A DNA stretch of 64,000 nucleotides from Caecitellus pseudoparvulus. Lineage: Eukaryota; Protista; Bigyra: Bicosoecida. Made by a program: the position numbers and the translations under genes. Under the pieces are notes generated by a model. That model ran no database searches. It was not told the origin of the DNA and saw only the letters and a program-made list of their open reading frames with translations. This document shows, piece by piece, positions 33,553-45,194 of the stretch (positions within the stretch are counted from its first letter, which is position 1; each line of letters opens with the position of its first letter). Location: NCBI GenBank assembly GCA_965644315.1, contig CBFFRQ010000013.1, positions 62,001 to 126,000 on the forward strand, given 5' to 3'.

Positions 33553-35596
33553 ATGGCGGCCAGGGCCAGCGCAGACATGGGCGCCGCCGACACAGAGGCG
33601 GCGCTGCTGGCTGAGTTGCAGGCAGAGTATGCAGGCATGGAGGCTGCACGCAAGACATACTCTGAGGAGAGCCAGGCCGTCATCAAGGAGCAGAAGCTGC
33701 TCATGGAGGCGCTGACGACGGAGAATGCAGTGCGTGAAACGCCGGCGCAACGCTCGCGGCCTGCGCGGGACCGCGCGCTGCCAGCGCGTCGCCCCCGCAG
33801 GCCCTCACGAAGGAGCTGAAACTGCAGAGCAAGATGGACAAGGGCAAGCGCAAGGGCAGTCGGAGCAAGCCTCTGTCAGAGCAGCGTGAGTGGTGCGGTG
33901 GGTGTGCCGGTAACGTGTGCCGGCGACCGTGCACGGTCGCTGGGCGTCACCTCCGCACAGTGCGCACGTTCAAGGCGGCGGTGGCGGCAGAGGAGAAGAA
34001 GGCAGTTGCCCTGACCAAGAGCATTGACCAGACCAGGTCCCAGATCACAGCCCTGGTGCGTGGCGGGGCGCGGAGGCTTGCCGGCCCGCACGGCAACGCA
34101 ACGTGAGCGCGCTGCCGCCCCCCGCACAGCAAGCGGAGATGGGCGGCGCCAACGCCGCCCTGGAGAGCCACCGGCAGATCCAGAAACAGACTCGCATCTT
34201 GGAAAACCGCCTGGACAAGGCCCTGCAGAAGTACAACGAGACGCTGGCCTCCAACAAGGCGTTGCGGCGGGACATTGACTCCCTGCGCCAGGAGCGCCTG
34301 AGTTTTGAGCGGCAGTACGGGCGCATGGACAAGGAGCTGCAGGGCATCAAGCAGCAGATGGCAGACGTCATCGAAGCTGCCAACGAAGCGTACGAGATCC
34401 GGGACAACGCGGAGTTCCACGCGGCGGAAATGCGGTCGGAAATGGAGCGGGAGCGGGCGGAGTTTACCCGCTTGCTGTCCGAGGTGGAGGGGCGCATTGC
34501 AGAGGAAGAGGCCCGTGTGCGGCGCATGGATGAAGCGACCAAGGGCGCGCTGACGGCGTCTGAGGAGGCCCAGCTGCAGGCAGAGTTGACGGCGGGGGAG
34601 CGCAAGGTGGAGTTGACGCGGGCCAAGGTGGCGCGGGCGGCGGACAAGATCGCGTATTACGAGGAGGCCTTCACGAAGATCCGCACGGCGACGGGCATCT
34701 CCGACATCAAGCAGCTGGTGGCGACGTTCATGCGCAACGAGGAGGAGAACTTCTCCCTCTTCAACTTCATCGCTGAGCAGAACGCGGAAATTGAAGGCTT
34801 GGAGGAGAGCCTGGCTGCGCTGGAGTCCGACGCCGTGCGCGCTGCCAAGACCCGGGGTGCAGTCGTGTCAGCTGACCGGGGCCGCCTGAAGCCGCTGCTG
34901 GAGGAGAAGCAGGCGCTGGAGGCGGCGACGGCGGCGCTGGAGGGGCGCTTCGTGCGGGCCAAGGAGCTGGTGGGGTCGGTGTGCGCCGCGGTGCAGCGGT
35001 GTTTCGCCGTCGTCGGCTGCGACGAGGCGGCCATGCGGGAGCTGGTCGCAGACGGCACCGTCACCGCCGGCAACGCCATGCAGTTCCTGGGCGTCATCGA
35101 GCAGCGCGTGACTGAGGCACTGCAGCAGTACGTCGGCGTGAAGCTGGCGGCAGCGCGGGGGGGGGGGAGGGGGGGGGGGGGCGCCCCTGCTGCCGCCCCC
35201 CCTGCTGGCCCACGCCCAGCCTCGGCCACCGTGCCGCGCGCGCCGGGCCGGGGCGGCAGCGGCAAGCCACGCCCCGCCTCAGCGACGCCCGCTGCCGCCT
35301 CAGGCATGGGCAGTCTACTAGGGACGGGGGCGGGGCCTCGGTGGCGCCACGGCGCGCTGTCGTCGGTGCGGGTGCAGGCGCCAGAGCTGAACTTCTTTGG
35401 CGGGGACAGTGATGAGGAGGGCAGCGTCGGGCCGGGCATGCCGCCGTTTGGCGGCGCCACGGCAGCCTTCAGCGAGAGCAGGGACGCCAAACCCCTCTCT
35501 GTGGCAGAGCTCAAGCGCATGACGCGTGGCGACGTCAAGCGTTTCCAGCGCTCCGTGGGAGCCTCCCTCATCTCCACGCCAGCGGCGGACCAGTGA
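33553..35596 (+). CDS. ODAD1: outer dynein arm docking complex subunit 2 (ODA-DC2/CCDC114/ODAD1-like), multi-exon
   Basis: RKTYSEESQ, MGGANAA...QKQTRILENRLDKALQKYNETLASNKALRRDIDSLRQER, YEEAFTKIRTATGISDI...FMRNEEENFSLFNF, NAMQFLGVIEQR. Confidence 0.88.
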
Positions 35597-35766
35597 CTCG
35601 TGCGGGGGAGGGGGTCACCCATGCTCGGCGCCCGCTCACAGTGTGCACTTTTCAATACACGCGTTCATACGAGAGGTGCTCCTCCACCGTGGTCGCGCTG
35701 CACTGCTCCACACTTGCGCAGGGAGCAGGAGTCGAGGCGCAGTTTCATCGTGAAACGTGGAGCGAC

Positions 35767-38144
35767 ATGGCTGCACAGGCCACGGAACAGGGGGGGCAGG
35801 GCGAGGGCAGCATTCCTTTCAAACTCGAGGCAGGCATACTGAAGCGCCTCCCCGTGGACGCATCGCATGATGCAGGCACCCGGGAGGTGAGTAGAGTTCT
35901 TCACGTGCCTGGCGTGGAATTCGGCGCACCACGCTCGCCCCGCCGTCGCAGACTCCGGGGGTGGCCTTCGCCACTGTGGAGCCGACACCAGTCAAGGAAC
36001 CCCGCATCATCGCGGCGTCCCAGTCTGCGCTTGCCTTGCTGGGTGCCCCTGCGGGCTATGCAGAGGCCGTGCAGGGGGACGACGGTGACGTGGCTGCCGT
36101 CTTTGCTGGCAACACGCCCTTCCCCGGCGCAGTGCACGCGGCACACTGCTACTGCGGGCACCAATTCGGGCACTTTGCAGGGCAGCTGGGGGATGGGGCT
36201 GCCATCTATGCTGGCCGTGTGCAGGGGCAGGAGGTGCAGTTCAAGGGGTCTGGAAAAACGCCCTACTCCCGCTCAGCCGACGGGCGCAAAGTGCTGCGCA
36301 GTTCCCTGAGGGAATACCTCGCATCGGAGCACATGGCAGCACTGGGCATCCCCACGACTCGGGCGGCGGCTCTGGTGCTGTCCGCCAGCACAGTGGTGCG
36401 CGACCCGCAGTACGACGGAAACGCCCTCGCCGAGCGCTGCGCTGTGGTGACTCGCGTCGCCCCCACCTTCCTGCGCTTCGGCAGCTTCGAAGTGGTCAAG
36501 GACACAGACAAACTGACGGGGCGGGCTGGTCCCTCGCCGGGCGACGTGGCCCTGCTTGCTCGACTGGTTGACGTCACGGCTCAGGAGCACTTTCCGCAGC
36601 TGTGGGCAGAGCACATGCCTGCTGGCACTGAGCCTGCACCGCTGCCGTCGCCAGCTGCAGGCTGGGACGGCAGCGCCCCTGTGCCACTCACCTCCGGTGC
36701 TGCAGAGGACACGGCCGCTCCCCACCGTGGCAAGTTGCTCGGTGCGGTGTTTTCGGAAGTGGCAGCCCGCACGGCACGCCTGGTGGCGCAGTGGGCGGGC
36801 GTGGGGTGGTGCCACGGGGTCCTGAACACGGACAACATGAGCATCCTGGGGCTGACGCTGGACTACGGCCCCTACGGCTTCATGGACGCCATGGACTTCC
36901 ACCACATCTGCAACGGCTCGGACGATGGCGGGCGGTACACGTACGCCAAGCAAGCGCCCGTGTGTCGGTGGAACTTGCAGCGCCTGGCTGACTGCTGGCG
37001 CCTGCTGGCACCTGTGGAGCTGTCGCAGGAGGCGACGGAGGCCCTGCTGCAGGAGGCCTTCGACGACACGTTCGCGGCCGCGCACACAGAGCTCTTCGCG
37101 GCCAAGCTGGGGCTGGACCTGCGGCCGTTGGAGGAAGCGGAGGCGGCGGCGGCGGCAGGAGGCCACTCCGGCACCGCATCCCTCATCACCAGCCTCATGT
37201 CCCTCATGCACACCACCAAGGCAGACTTCACCATCACCTTCCGAGCCCTCACACGCCTGCCCCTGCCCCTGCCCACGCACATCGCCACTGCCCTGCGTGA
37301 CGCGCTGCCGGGCGCGGACACCGCCCCCCTCCCGGGGGTGGGCTGGGAGGATGTGCAGGTGGAGGGGGGGGACGACTCCACTTCCACAGTGCAGCTGCCC
37401 ACCGGCAGCGAGCCCGTCCTGCGCTACATCGTGCAGCGGTGTGCCTCCTTGGCCACGCAGGTGGCAGCCACCAAGGGCCGCCTGCCGGATGAACAGTTGG
37501 CGCTGTTCGCACAGTTGCTGGGGGCGGGCGACCCCCGCATGCGGCCCCACGCCGACACCATCCGCAAGGAGCTGGCCCTGCGCAAGCGCCGCGCGGCGCT
37601 ACAGCGCCTCACGCAGCAGCAGCTGACGGCAGCCAATCGCAAGGCCTGGGCGGAGTGGCTGGCAGTGTACAGTCGGCGCCTGGCAGCGGATGCGGCATCC
37701 ACGATGCCGGGCCCCGGCGCCGAGGCGGACACGTGCCTGCCCAGCGCCCTGCAGGTGGTGCGGGGGCGCCTGGACCGGTCTCTCGCCAAGTGCCCTCGGT
37801 ATGTGCTGCGAAATTACATCGCCCAGGCCGTCATCGCAGCAGTGGAGGGGGGGGACGCCTCAGCGCTGCAGGCGGCGCAGAGCGTGCTGCTGGACCCGTA
37901 CGACCTCAAGGGCCCCGCCACCGCCACCGCCTTCCTCTCTGGCTACAGCCCTCAGGCAGTCGTGCTGGCAGCTGCGGTGGACGGCACCGCCCTGCCCATG
38001 CCTGCAGCTGACATTGCTGGCGCCGGTTGTGGCACTGACGAGGCCAGCGGCGCTGGTGTCTGCTCGGCCCCCGGCAAGATCGTCGCGTACGACCAGGAAC
38101 CCCCGTCATGGGCGACAGGCCTGTGTGTTACCTGCTCCTCCTGA
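35767..38144 (+). CDS. SELENOO: protein adenylyltransferase SelO/YdiU family, Cys-containing form
   Basis: YCGHQFGHFAGQLGDG, KGSGKTPYSRSADGRKVLRSSLREYLASE, HGVLNTDNMSI, DYGPYGF, YVLRNYIAQ, C-terminal CVTCSS. One intron near 35887-35951. Confidence 0.95.
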
Positions 38145-38275
38145 GCGAGTGGCACGTGTGTGTGTCGGCGGCGTGTGGCAGCGCCGACGCACTGTGCGCC
38201 GCAGTTCAAATCCACCGCACCACGTGTTACGCAAGGCCGGCGCAGCGCAGGCCAGCACCAACCCCACCCTCAGCC

Positions 38276-39868
38276 ATGGCTGCCGCAGCTTCCAAGGCGC
38301 CTCCTGCGCCAGAGGGGCCCCCCTCGCCGCCCCCCGGCGCCAAGCGCAAGACCAAGAGCCAGAAGGCTCTCGCGAAGGTCAAGACGCGCTTCTCGTTCGT
38401 GGCAGGGCTCGGCTCCAGCGGCATGCGGGCAGTGGAGGAGGGCAGTGGAGAGAGCGTCGGTTTCTGGAAAGGCCTCAAGAATGCCAAGCGCCGCATCAGC
38501 CAGCAAGTGAGTCCTGCTGCGCCCCGTGTACAGAGGCAGGTGCTGGTGCACTGCGCCTGTTTGCCGCAGGCTCTGTCCAAGATCGGCTACGGCAAGGACA
38601 GCGAGGACGCACACTACAAGGAGAGGAAGGCGCGCATCCTGGAGTTGCAGGGGCGGTACGAACGCTTTTCGAAGTTCCTGGGGCAGTACTTGGACAGCGC
38701 TCGAGGTGCGCAGCCCGCCCCGTCGCAGTGCGACACTGCCTAGCACGCTTCGCCCTGCGCCCCGCCCACAGCCATGTGCTCTGCCGCGGCGGAGCTGTCC
38801 ACGGAAGCCCAGAACCTGTTTTCAGGCTGCCCGCCGGAGTACACTGAAGTGCTGAGCACCATGTGCGGCGCCTTGACGCGCATCGACACGGAGCTGCGGC
38901 AGGAGCTGGATGAGGTGATGACGGAGGCGGTCATCGCCCCCATCGACGCGGTGGTGGACGTCATGAACGAAGTGCGCGTGGACATGCACGGGCGGGAGTA
39001 CTTGAAGCTGGACTTCGACGCCCACCACCGCAAGGTGGCCTCCCTCAAAGCCAAGGGCACCACTGACCCCGCCGAGCTGCGCAAGCTGGACTCCAAGCTG
39101 GCACAGGACCGGGAGGGCCTGGCAGCCACCACCAAGGCCCTGTACGACGCCTTTGACGACATGGAGCGCAAGCGCTGGAGCGTCATCACGTCCGAGCTCA
39201 ACGCGTTTGTGTCGGCACAGACGGCGTTTTTCCAGCGCGCAGCAGAGGTAACGCGGGGCATGGCCACCTTCCCCGCTGAACTGCCGCGGGCGCCCATCCC
39301 CCTCACAGCTGCTACATCCACCCCCTTTGGCCCCATCACGCCACAAGGGCACCTGCCTGGCTTCCCACACCTGTATGGGGAGGGCCCCCCCCCATCAGCA
39401 GGGGAAGTGGGAGTCAAGGGCGCAGGGGGTGCCGGCACGCGTCGGCCCCACAGGGCCACCCTGCAGCCCACCGTGTCAGACCCGTCCAGCCCAGCCCCCC
39501 AGCAGGCTGGCGTCAAGGCGTACCCGACGGTGGCAGCCATTCCCCCCGCTGTGGCGCAGGCCGCCGCCGCCTCCCACCGCCGCCGCAGCAGTGTGAGCGA
39601 GGACCCCTCGCACGCCGCTGCAGCGAAAGCCGCGGTGGCAGCTAGTCGCCAGGCACCGCCCCCCACACCCCCCGTTCCGCGCAAGGCCGCTGACCGTGTG
39701 CGGGCCTGCTTCAAGTTCAGCCCCAGCTCGCCGGATGAGCTGGGCATGGCGGTGGGGGATGTGGTGGAGGTGCTGCGACGGCACGACGACGGGTGGGGCG
39801 AGGGCATGAACACCACCTCTGGCCAGCGGGGCATGTTTCCCCTGAACTACGTCGAGCCACTGGCCTGA
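38276..39868 (+). CDS. BAR and SH3 domain protein (amphiphysin/endophilin-like), 3 exons
   Basis: Helical BAR-like region (REYLKLDFDAHHRKV) and C-terminal SH3 (DELGMAVGDVVEVLRRHDDGWGEG...GMFPLNYVE). Confidence 0.85.
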
Positions 39869-40093
39869 GGGCCGGGGTGGCGCCTGGGCTGCGTCAGGCC
39901 TCAAGATGGGCCTGCCAGTCCCCCCCCCCCCCGTGTCTGCGGGGCAGCCGCCAGGTCCAGGCAGCTGCCCTGCCAGTATAAATGCAATGTCCGAGTGACG
40001 GCGGTCGTGCAGCTGGCCCTGAGGGCACTGCCTGTGCTAGCGCCCAGGAGGCCGAGCACTGTGACGAGCCGTGCACGTGATCGCGTGTCCAGG

Positions 40094-42262
40094 ATGCAGG
40101 CCGAGGGGCAGCCTGGCGGGGCTATGTTCGAGCACCTGAGCTCGTTCGTCCTGTCCAATGTCATGGAGTTCATGACACCCGAGGAGGTGCTGCGGCTGGG
40201 CCGGGTGCGTCTCGTTGCAGGGTGTGGGGCAGGCTCACCACCACGCCTCCTCACGCTTTGCTCGCGGTTGTGGCCTGCTGCAGACGTGCAAGTCCCTGCA
40301 CAGCGCCAGTCACATGCCGGGACTGTGGGGATCGCTCATGGGCACAGAGCAGAGTGACTGCGTGCAGCACACACTTCGTTTGGTGGGTGCGTGGTGCGCG
40401 GCGTGGCGAGCGAGCGTGAAACGCGAGGGAAACGTCACGTGGCACCGCATGCCTGCCTGCGACAGGGCGTGAGACGACCATTGCAAGCAGCGAAGCTGGA
40501 ATCGATGCCACTTCTGAAACTGAGCCACACCATGGACAACGCGGACACGACACTGTCCAAGGCAGGACCAAGGCCGTCGTCCCTGAGCGAGAGCGCTTCC
40601 TGCAAGCTGCCAGCGCCATGTCCAAGCACCACGCACGCGCAGGCCTGTTGAGTAACCTGGTCAGCGGCGCGACGGCCATCGCGCTGGGCATTGCTGTCAT
40701 GTGTGTGGCAGTGTTCCTCCCCATGGTGCTGTACAACCATGACATCTTCGGCGATGCCGCTGGGCCCGTCCGCGTGCCGGTGGAGTTCGGCGACCCGCCG
40801 TTGAACCTCGTGGCCGTGACGCGGGGCAGTGGGCGCAACAGGCGCACTGTGCACATACTGCGGGCGCTGGTGCGGCCCCTGTACCCCGTGGAGGAGGAGG
40901 GTGGCCCTGGGCAGGCGTTCCCCGACCTCCCCCTGCCGGACACGGTGCCGGGCGGCGAGGAGGAGGACACGGACGACTGGGAGCAGGCGGGTGTCCTGGA
41001 TGCCGGGCGGTACGGCCGGGAGCCACCGGGGAACTACTGTCCCTGGTGGGTGCCCGGCCCCTTCTGCCGCCTGTACGAGGACTGGTTCCGCTCAGATGCC
41101 TGGGCCGGCAGCGAAGCGGACTTCCTGCCCCTGACCATGGAGTTCGGCTCCGACGCCGCGGCGCGCCTGGCACTGGACAAGGTGCAGCGGAACCAGTTCG
41201 TGCTGCGGGACGAAGACAGCGGGGAGCTGTTTCTGCTATCCTCCCTGCCCAGCAGCTCCTACTTTGCCGTCATGCTGCCACTGGCCGTGGCGGCGGGCGT
41301 GCTGGCGTGCTCCAGCTGGCACGACAAAGTCACGCTGTGGGGGGCCAGCAACGCGGACACCCTGCTGCCGCAGCCGACGCGGGTGTGGATGGCACCATTC
41401 CGGCGGTACCTGTGGCTGCTGCACCCCGTCAGTGTGCAGTTGCTGCCACACGAATCTGCTGGAGCGGTGCTGCAGGGGTGTGCCGCCGTGGCCCTGGCAG
41501 TGTCTGTCGTGCTGCAGCTGGACTTCATGGCCCGCTTCCAGCGCTGTGGGGCGGCTGCCGACTGCGCCGTGCCCACCGCTGGCTACGACATCCCGCCCTG
41601 GCTCTTCAGTCTCGCTCTGCTGGGACCACCCATCTTTTCGTTTGTCATTGGGCGGCGGGCCGCCTTCGTCGGGCAGTGTGTGGACAAGGCCCAGGTTGGC
41701 TTCGTGGAGCACTTCCAGCTGCCGCCGGCGCAGAACGTGGCGTGGCCCGTGGGCCACTCACGCCGGGTGTTCATCAAGCACGATGTGAAGGCCGGCGCCC
41801 CCATCGCGAGGGTGGGTCCAGGAGAGGCGGCCCCTTGCGTGACAGTGCAGGAGGCTCGTGTGGACCTGTGCTGCTTCCGCACCTTCGTGAACAGGCAAGG
41901 GAACCGGAACAACACGCAGACGGACCTGCACTGGAGCGAGTCACACGCGTTCCCCGACTTGGCGGGTGCGCGGGTGCCGGCTGGCACGCCCATCGTTGCG
42001 TCAGCCGAGGTGACCATGCCTGAGCACGTCACGCTGAGCTCTGTGCCGGGGCAAGACAAGCCCTTCTACACGTGGTACTTGAGGTACACTGTGGAGCTGG
42101 CGGGTATGGGGCAGGACTCCCTGCTGCTGCCCATGCACGTGGTGCCGCCGCTGGTCACTGGCGCGGCGGATGAGGTGTTGTCTACGGCGTCGGAGGAGGA
42201 GGAGGGGGGGCGGTGGAGGGGGGTGCCGCGCACGGGGGGGGGGGGGGGGTTGGGGCTTGTGA
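40094..42262 (+). CDS. F-box protein with several TM segments and an arrestin-like C-terminal beta-sandwich; 3' end uncertain
   Basis: F-box-like FEHLSSFVLSNVMEFMTPEEVLRLGR|TCKSLH...LW spliced via two introns into ORF 40618. Stop position depends on the G16 run at 42234-42249. Confidence 0.6.
42234..42249. repeat. G16 homopolymer
   Basis: Sixteen consecutive G, seen directly. Confidence 0.9.
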
Positions 42263-42385
42263 CGGACGCCAGGGCAAATGAGTCAAAATGCCTCCGCCGT
42301 GTACATGGTCCATGCTTCCTCCAGTGCAGCCTCCTCTCGCCTGCAGGCAGGTGTCCATTCCGGGGCGCAGTGGCAGAGAGGCAGC

Positions 42386-44231
42386 ATGCAGGCGGTGGAG
42401 GTGCCGCACACGAGCACTGCTGCAGGCCAGCGCGAGAGAGTGCGCGCGTGGCTGAAGAATGCATCGGCGCTGAGGAAGGAGGCAGCTGCCGCGGAGCGGG
42501 CACTAGTTTCGAGCTTGCCTGTGCTGGGGAGGGTCTTGGATGTGAGCCAGGTGAGAGCAGGCCAGCGACAGCGCCCCAACGCACTGTGCAAGCCGCTGCA
42601 CGGGCTCCTGCACAGGAAGTATGGAAGGGCGCCTTTGAAGGTGATGCTGCGAGAAGGCAGGCAGAGTCGGAAGCTTTGCAACTCAAGTTTGAACGCTTGC
42701 AGGTGGGCAACGGTAGCCGGCGTTTCGTGCGCCCGGCAGCGTGAAACTCCACCTCCCCTGCCGCCTTTCCCCACAGCTGGACATGCAGCGCGCAAAGGAG
42801 GAGCTGGGCGCCTTCGACGCAACAGATGCTGCTCTGGCTGGCCTGCGCCGCAGCATGGGTGCCGTGGCTGCCAGCATTGACACGATGCGCGGCGACGGCA
42901 AGAAGGTGTACGGCGCTCTCGTACGGGACGCTGCGGCGCTGGACGAAGCCCTGGACAGTGGGCAGCAGGTGCTGCTGGAGCCCACCACGCCTCCTCAAAG
43001 CCCCTCTCTGCCCTCTCCCAGCAGCACCCCCGAGCCACCCAGCCACTCCCCTCTCCAGAGCAAGCCCTCGCATTCCCCTGTGCAGAGCACGCCGCCGGCG
43101 GCGCAGCAGCAGCCCTCGTCCAGCGCCCCCTCCACCGCCAGCACTGGCGTGGAGGGCTACGCCACCGTCATTGCCGCTCGGTCACAGCTGCAGCAGTGCA
43201 AGGCCGCCCTGGCAGCGGCTGACGACGCCTTGGCAGCGCACCGTGCCCGAGGCGGCAGCTTCCACTGGTCAGAGGCGGAGCAGTCCACGCTGGAGGCTGG
43301 CGTGACGGCGGTGCTTCGGACAGGACCACACGAAAGCCTGCCAGCCACACCCACCCCCGCCCTCAGTCGCTGGCTGGCTGATCGCCTGCCAGAGCGCCCC
43401 CCCTCCACCATCACCGCCCGTTACCGGTGGTTCGCAGGCCTTCGCGCACTGCAGAGCGAGCGCCGTGACGCTGTGGCGCTGTGGCGAGACGCCAAGACGC
43501 AACTGAGCGCCGCTCGTGTGCAGGCAGCGGCAGAGGAGGCGGCTGCCGCCGACGCTGAGGCAGCCACCTCCGCTGCCGCCGCCGCTGCTTCCACCATGGC
43601 TGCTGAGGCGGCTGCGGCAGCCAAGCGCCGTGCCGTGGCTGAGTGGCGTGCCCGCAAGCATGCTGACGCAGCCGCTGCGCGACAGGCCAAGGCGGAAGCC
43701 GCCGCTGCCGCACGCAAGGCCGCCGCTGCCTCACGCCAGGCCTCCCAGCGCCACAGAGCAGAGGCACGTGAAGCAGCGCGGGCGCGTGACGCCGCAAAGG
43801 CGCGGGCTGCGCGGGTTCTGGCGCAGGCGGCGCCGGAGGGGAGGGGGGGGTCCGCCCCCCCCCCCCGAGGCCCCTCCACTGCCCAGCGCGCCCGGCGAGC
43901 TGTGGAGGCTGGGAAAGCCCGGGCTCGAGCTCTGGGGCTGGGCGGCGGGCTGGCGGTGCAGGGGACGGCGGTGGGGGTGGCGCCACCCCCCCCTGCCCTG
44001 GGGGAGATCCGCATCCCCGTCGTGCCGGGAGGGAAGGTGCAGCGCCGGGTGGTGCCCGCGAACCCCGCCCGCCTCAGGGCTGGCACGGCCGCGTCCACTG
44101 CGCGGCAGGCGGCGGCGTCCGGCAGCGAGGGCGGTGGGCCCACCGGAAGGGGTGGTGGGCCCACCACGGCGTGGGCTGGCACCGGTGCACGCCGGGTGAC
44201 AGCGGTGCCCAAGTGGCGCAGTGGATTGTGA
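42386..44231 (+). CDS. CCDC112: CCDC112-like coiled-coil protein, 3 exons
   Basis: GGSFHWSEAEQ, LPERPPSTITARYRWF...RRDAVALWRDAK, NPARL and terminal AVPKWRSGL match recalled CCDC112 motifs. Introns after VLDVSQ and FERLQ. Confidence 0.65.
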
Positions 44232-44232
44232 A

Positions 44233-44892
44233 TTACAGCGAAGACACCCGACTCAGCTCGGCAGTGCTGCTCTGCAGGCGGGAGATGAGGGACTCGATCT
44301 GGCTGGCACGCTCCGCGGCCGAGGCGGGCGGCGACGGTGCCGGCGCAGGCTTGGCCTCCCCGCCGCGCACACTCCATGCAGGGGGGCGAAAGGGACTGCT
44401 GCTTGCGTCCCAACCCGCGCCTGCAGCACTGGCGCTGCTCTGTGGTCGCGTGGGTGTTGTGGCAGGGCTCCGGGTGCTGCCGCCAGTCCAGGCCTCGCCC
44501 TGCCGCGCGGGTGAGCTCAACTGCTGTGATGCGGGCGTACCCTGCGCCGCCTGTGCTGACAACATCGCGGTCCTCGACCTGCTGTGGCTCTCTGCTGCTG
44601 CTCTATCGTAAAATGAATCTATCTGGCTGATCTGTGGCGTGCAGGCGCGGCCGGCGGTGGGCTGTGATTGACTTGCCGTTTCGAGCGAAACGCTGCTGCG
44701 CACCAGTTCCCTCATTTGGCGAGTGAGAGTGCGCGCGTCACTGGCCTGCCGCTGGCGAGCATGCAGCGCGTCATCCACAGCAGCTTTACAGCTCTTGGTA
44801 GCCTGCAGCGCTGCTGAGACGCGCCGCAAGTCTGACTGTGCACCTTCCAGCAGGCGTTGTACCTTCCAACCGTCTTGACCGCTTCCAGCCAT
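44233..44892 (-). CDS. hypothetical protein, N-terminal coiled coil
   Basis: ORF from GC-ATG-G at 44892 fills the gap between CCDC112 and the next divergent gene. No family motif. Confidence 0.45.
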   Translation of the reverse strand: MAGSGQDGWKVQRLLEGAQSDLRRVSAALQATKSCKAAVDDALHARQRQASDARTLTRQMRELVRSSVSLETASQSQPTAGRACTPQISQIDSFYDRAAAESHSRSRTAMLSAQAAQGTPASQQLSSPARQGEAWTGGSTRSPATTPTRPQSSASAAGAGWDASSSPFRPPAWSVRGGEAKPAPAPSPPASAAERASQIESLISRLQSSTAELSRVSSL

Positions 44893-45194
44893 GTTGCAGT
44901 GCAGGCCTGCTTGCGAGCCGTCGCGTGTGCCAGCTCCGCGGTGACACTCAAGGCCTGTAATGGACAGAGTGGGCTGGCTGGAAGTGTTTTGTTGCCCTCT
45001 GGTGCTTTGCAGCCTTGACGCGAAGTGTACGCCGCCTGCGCAGCGCCTGGATGGACACGTTTGTGCTTGCAGCCCAACCATCCTCCCAAAACGCAACTCA
45101 CAACACACCAAGCAACTCTGATGACAAGGTCGCTGTCACTGCACTGGAGGCAGCGCGCAGACTCCCTGCTTCGCCCAGTGCTCTGCCTCACAGC

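Noticed and set aside
38142-38144. SelO terminal TGA as selenocysteine
   Set aside because: The redox position is already Cys and the TGA falls after the conserved terminal SS. No SECIS core follows.
40618-42744. 708-aa ORF as a fusion with CCDC112
   Set aside because: Continuity depends on the G16 homopolymer. The downstream part has its own start and splice sites.
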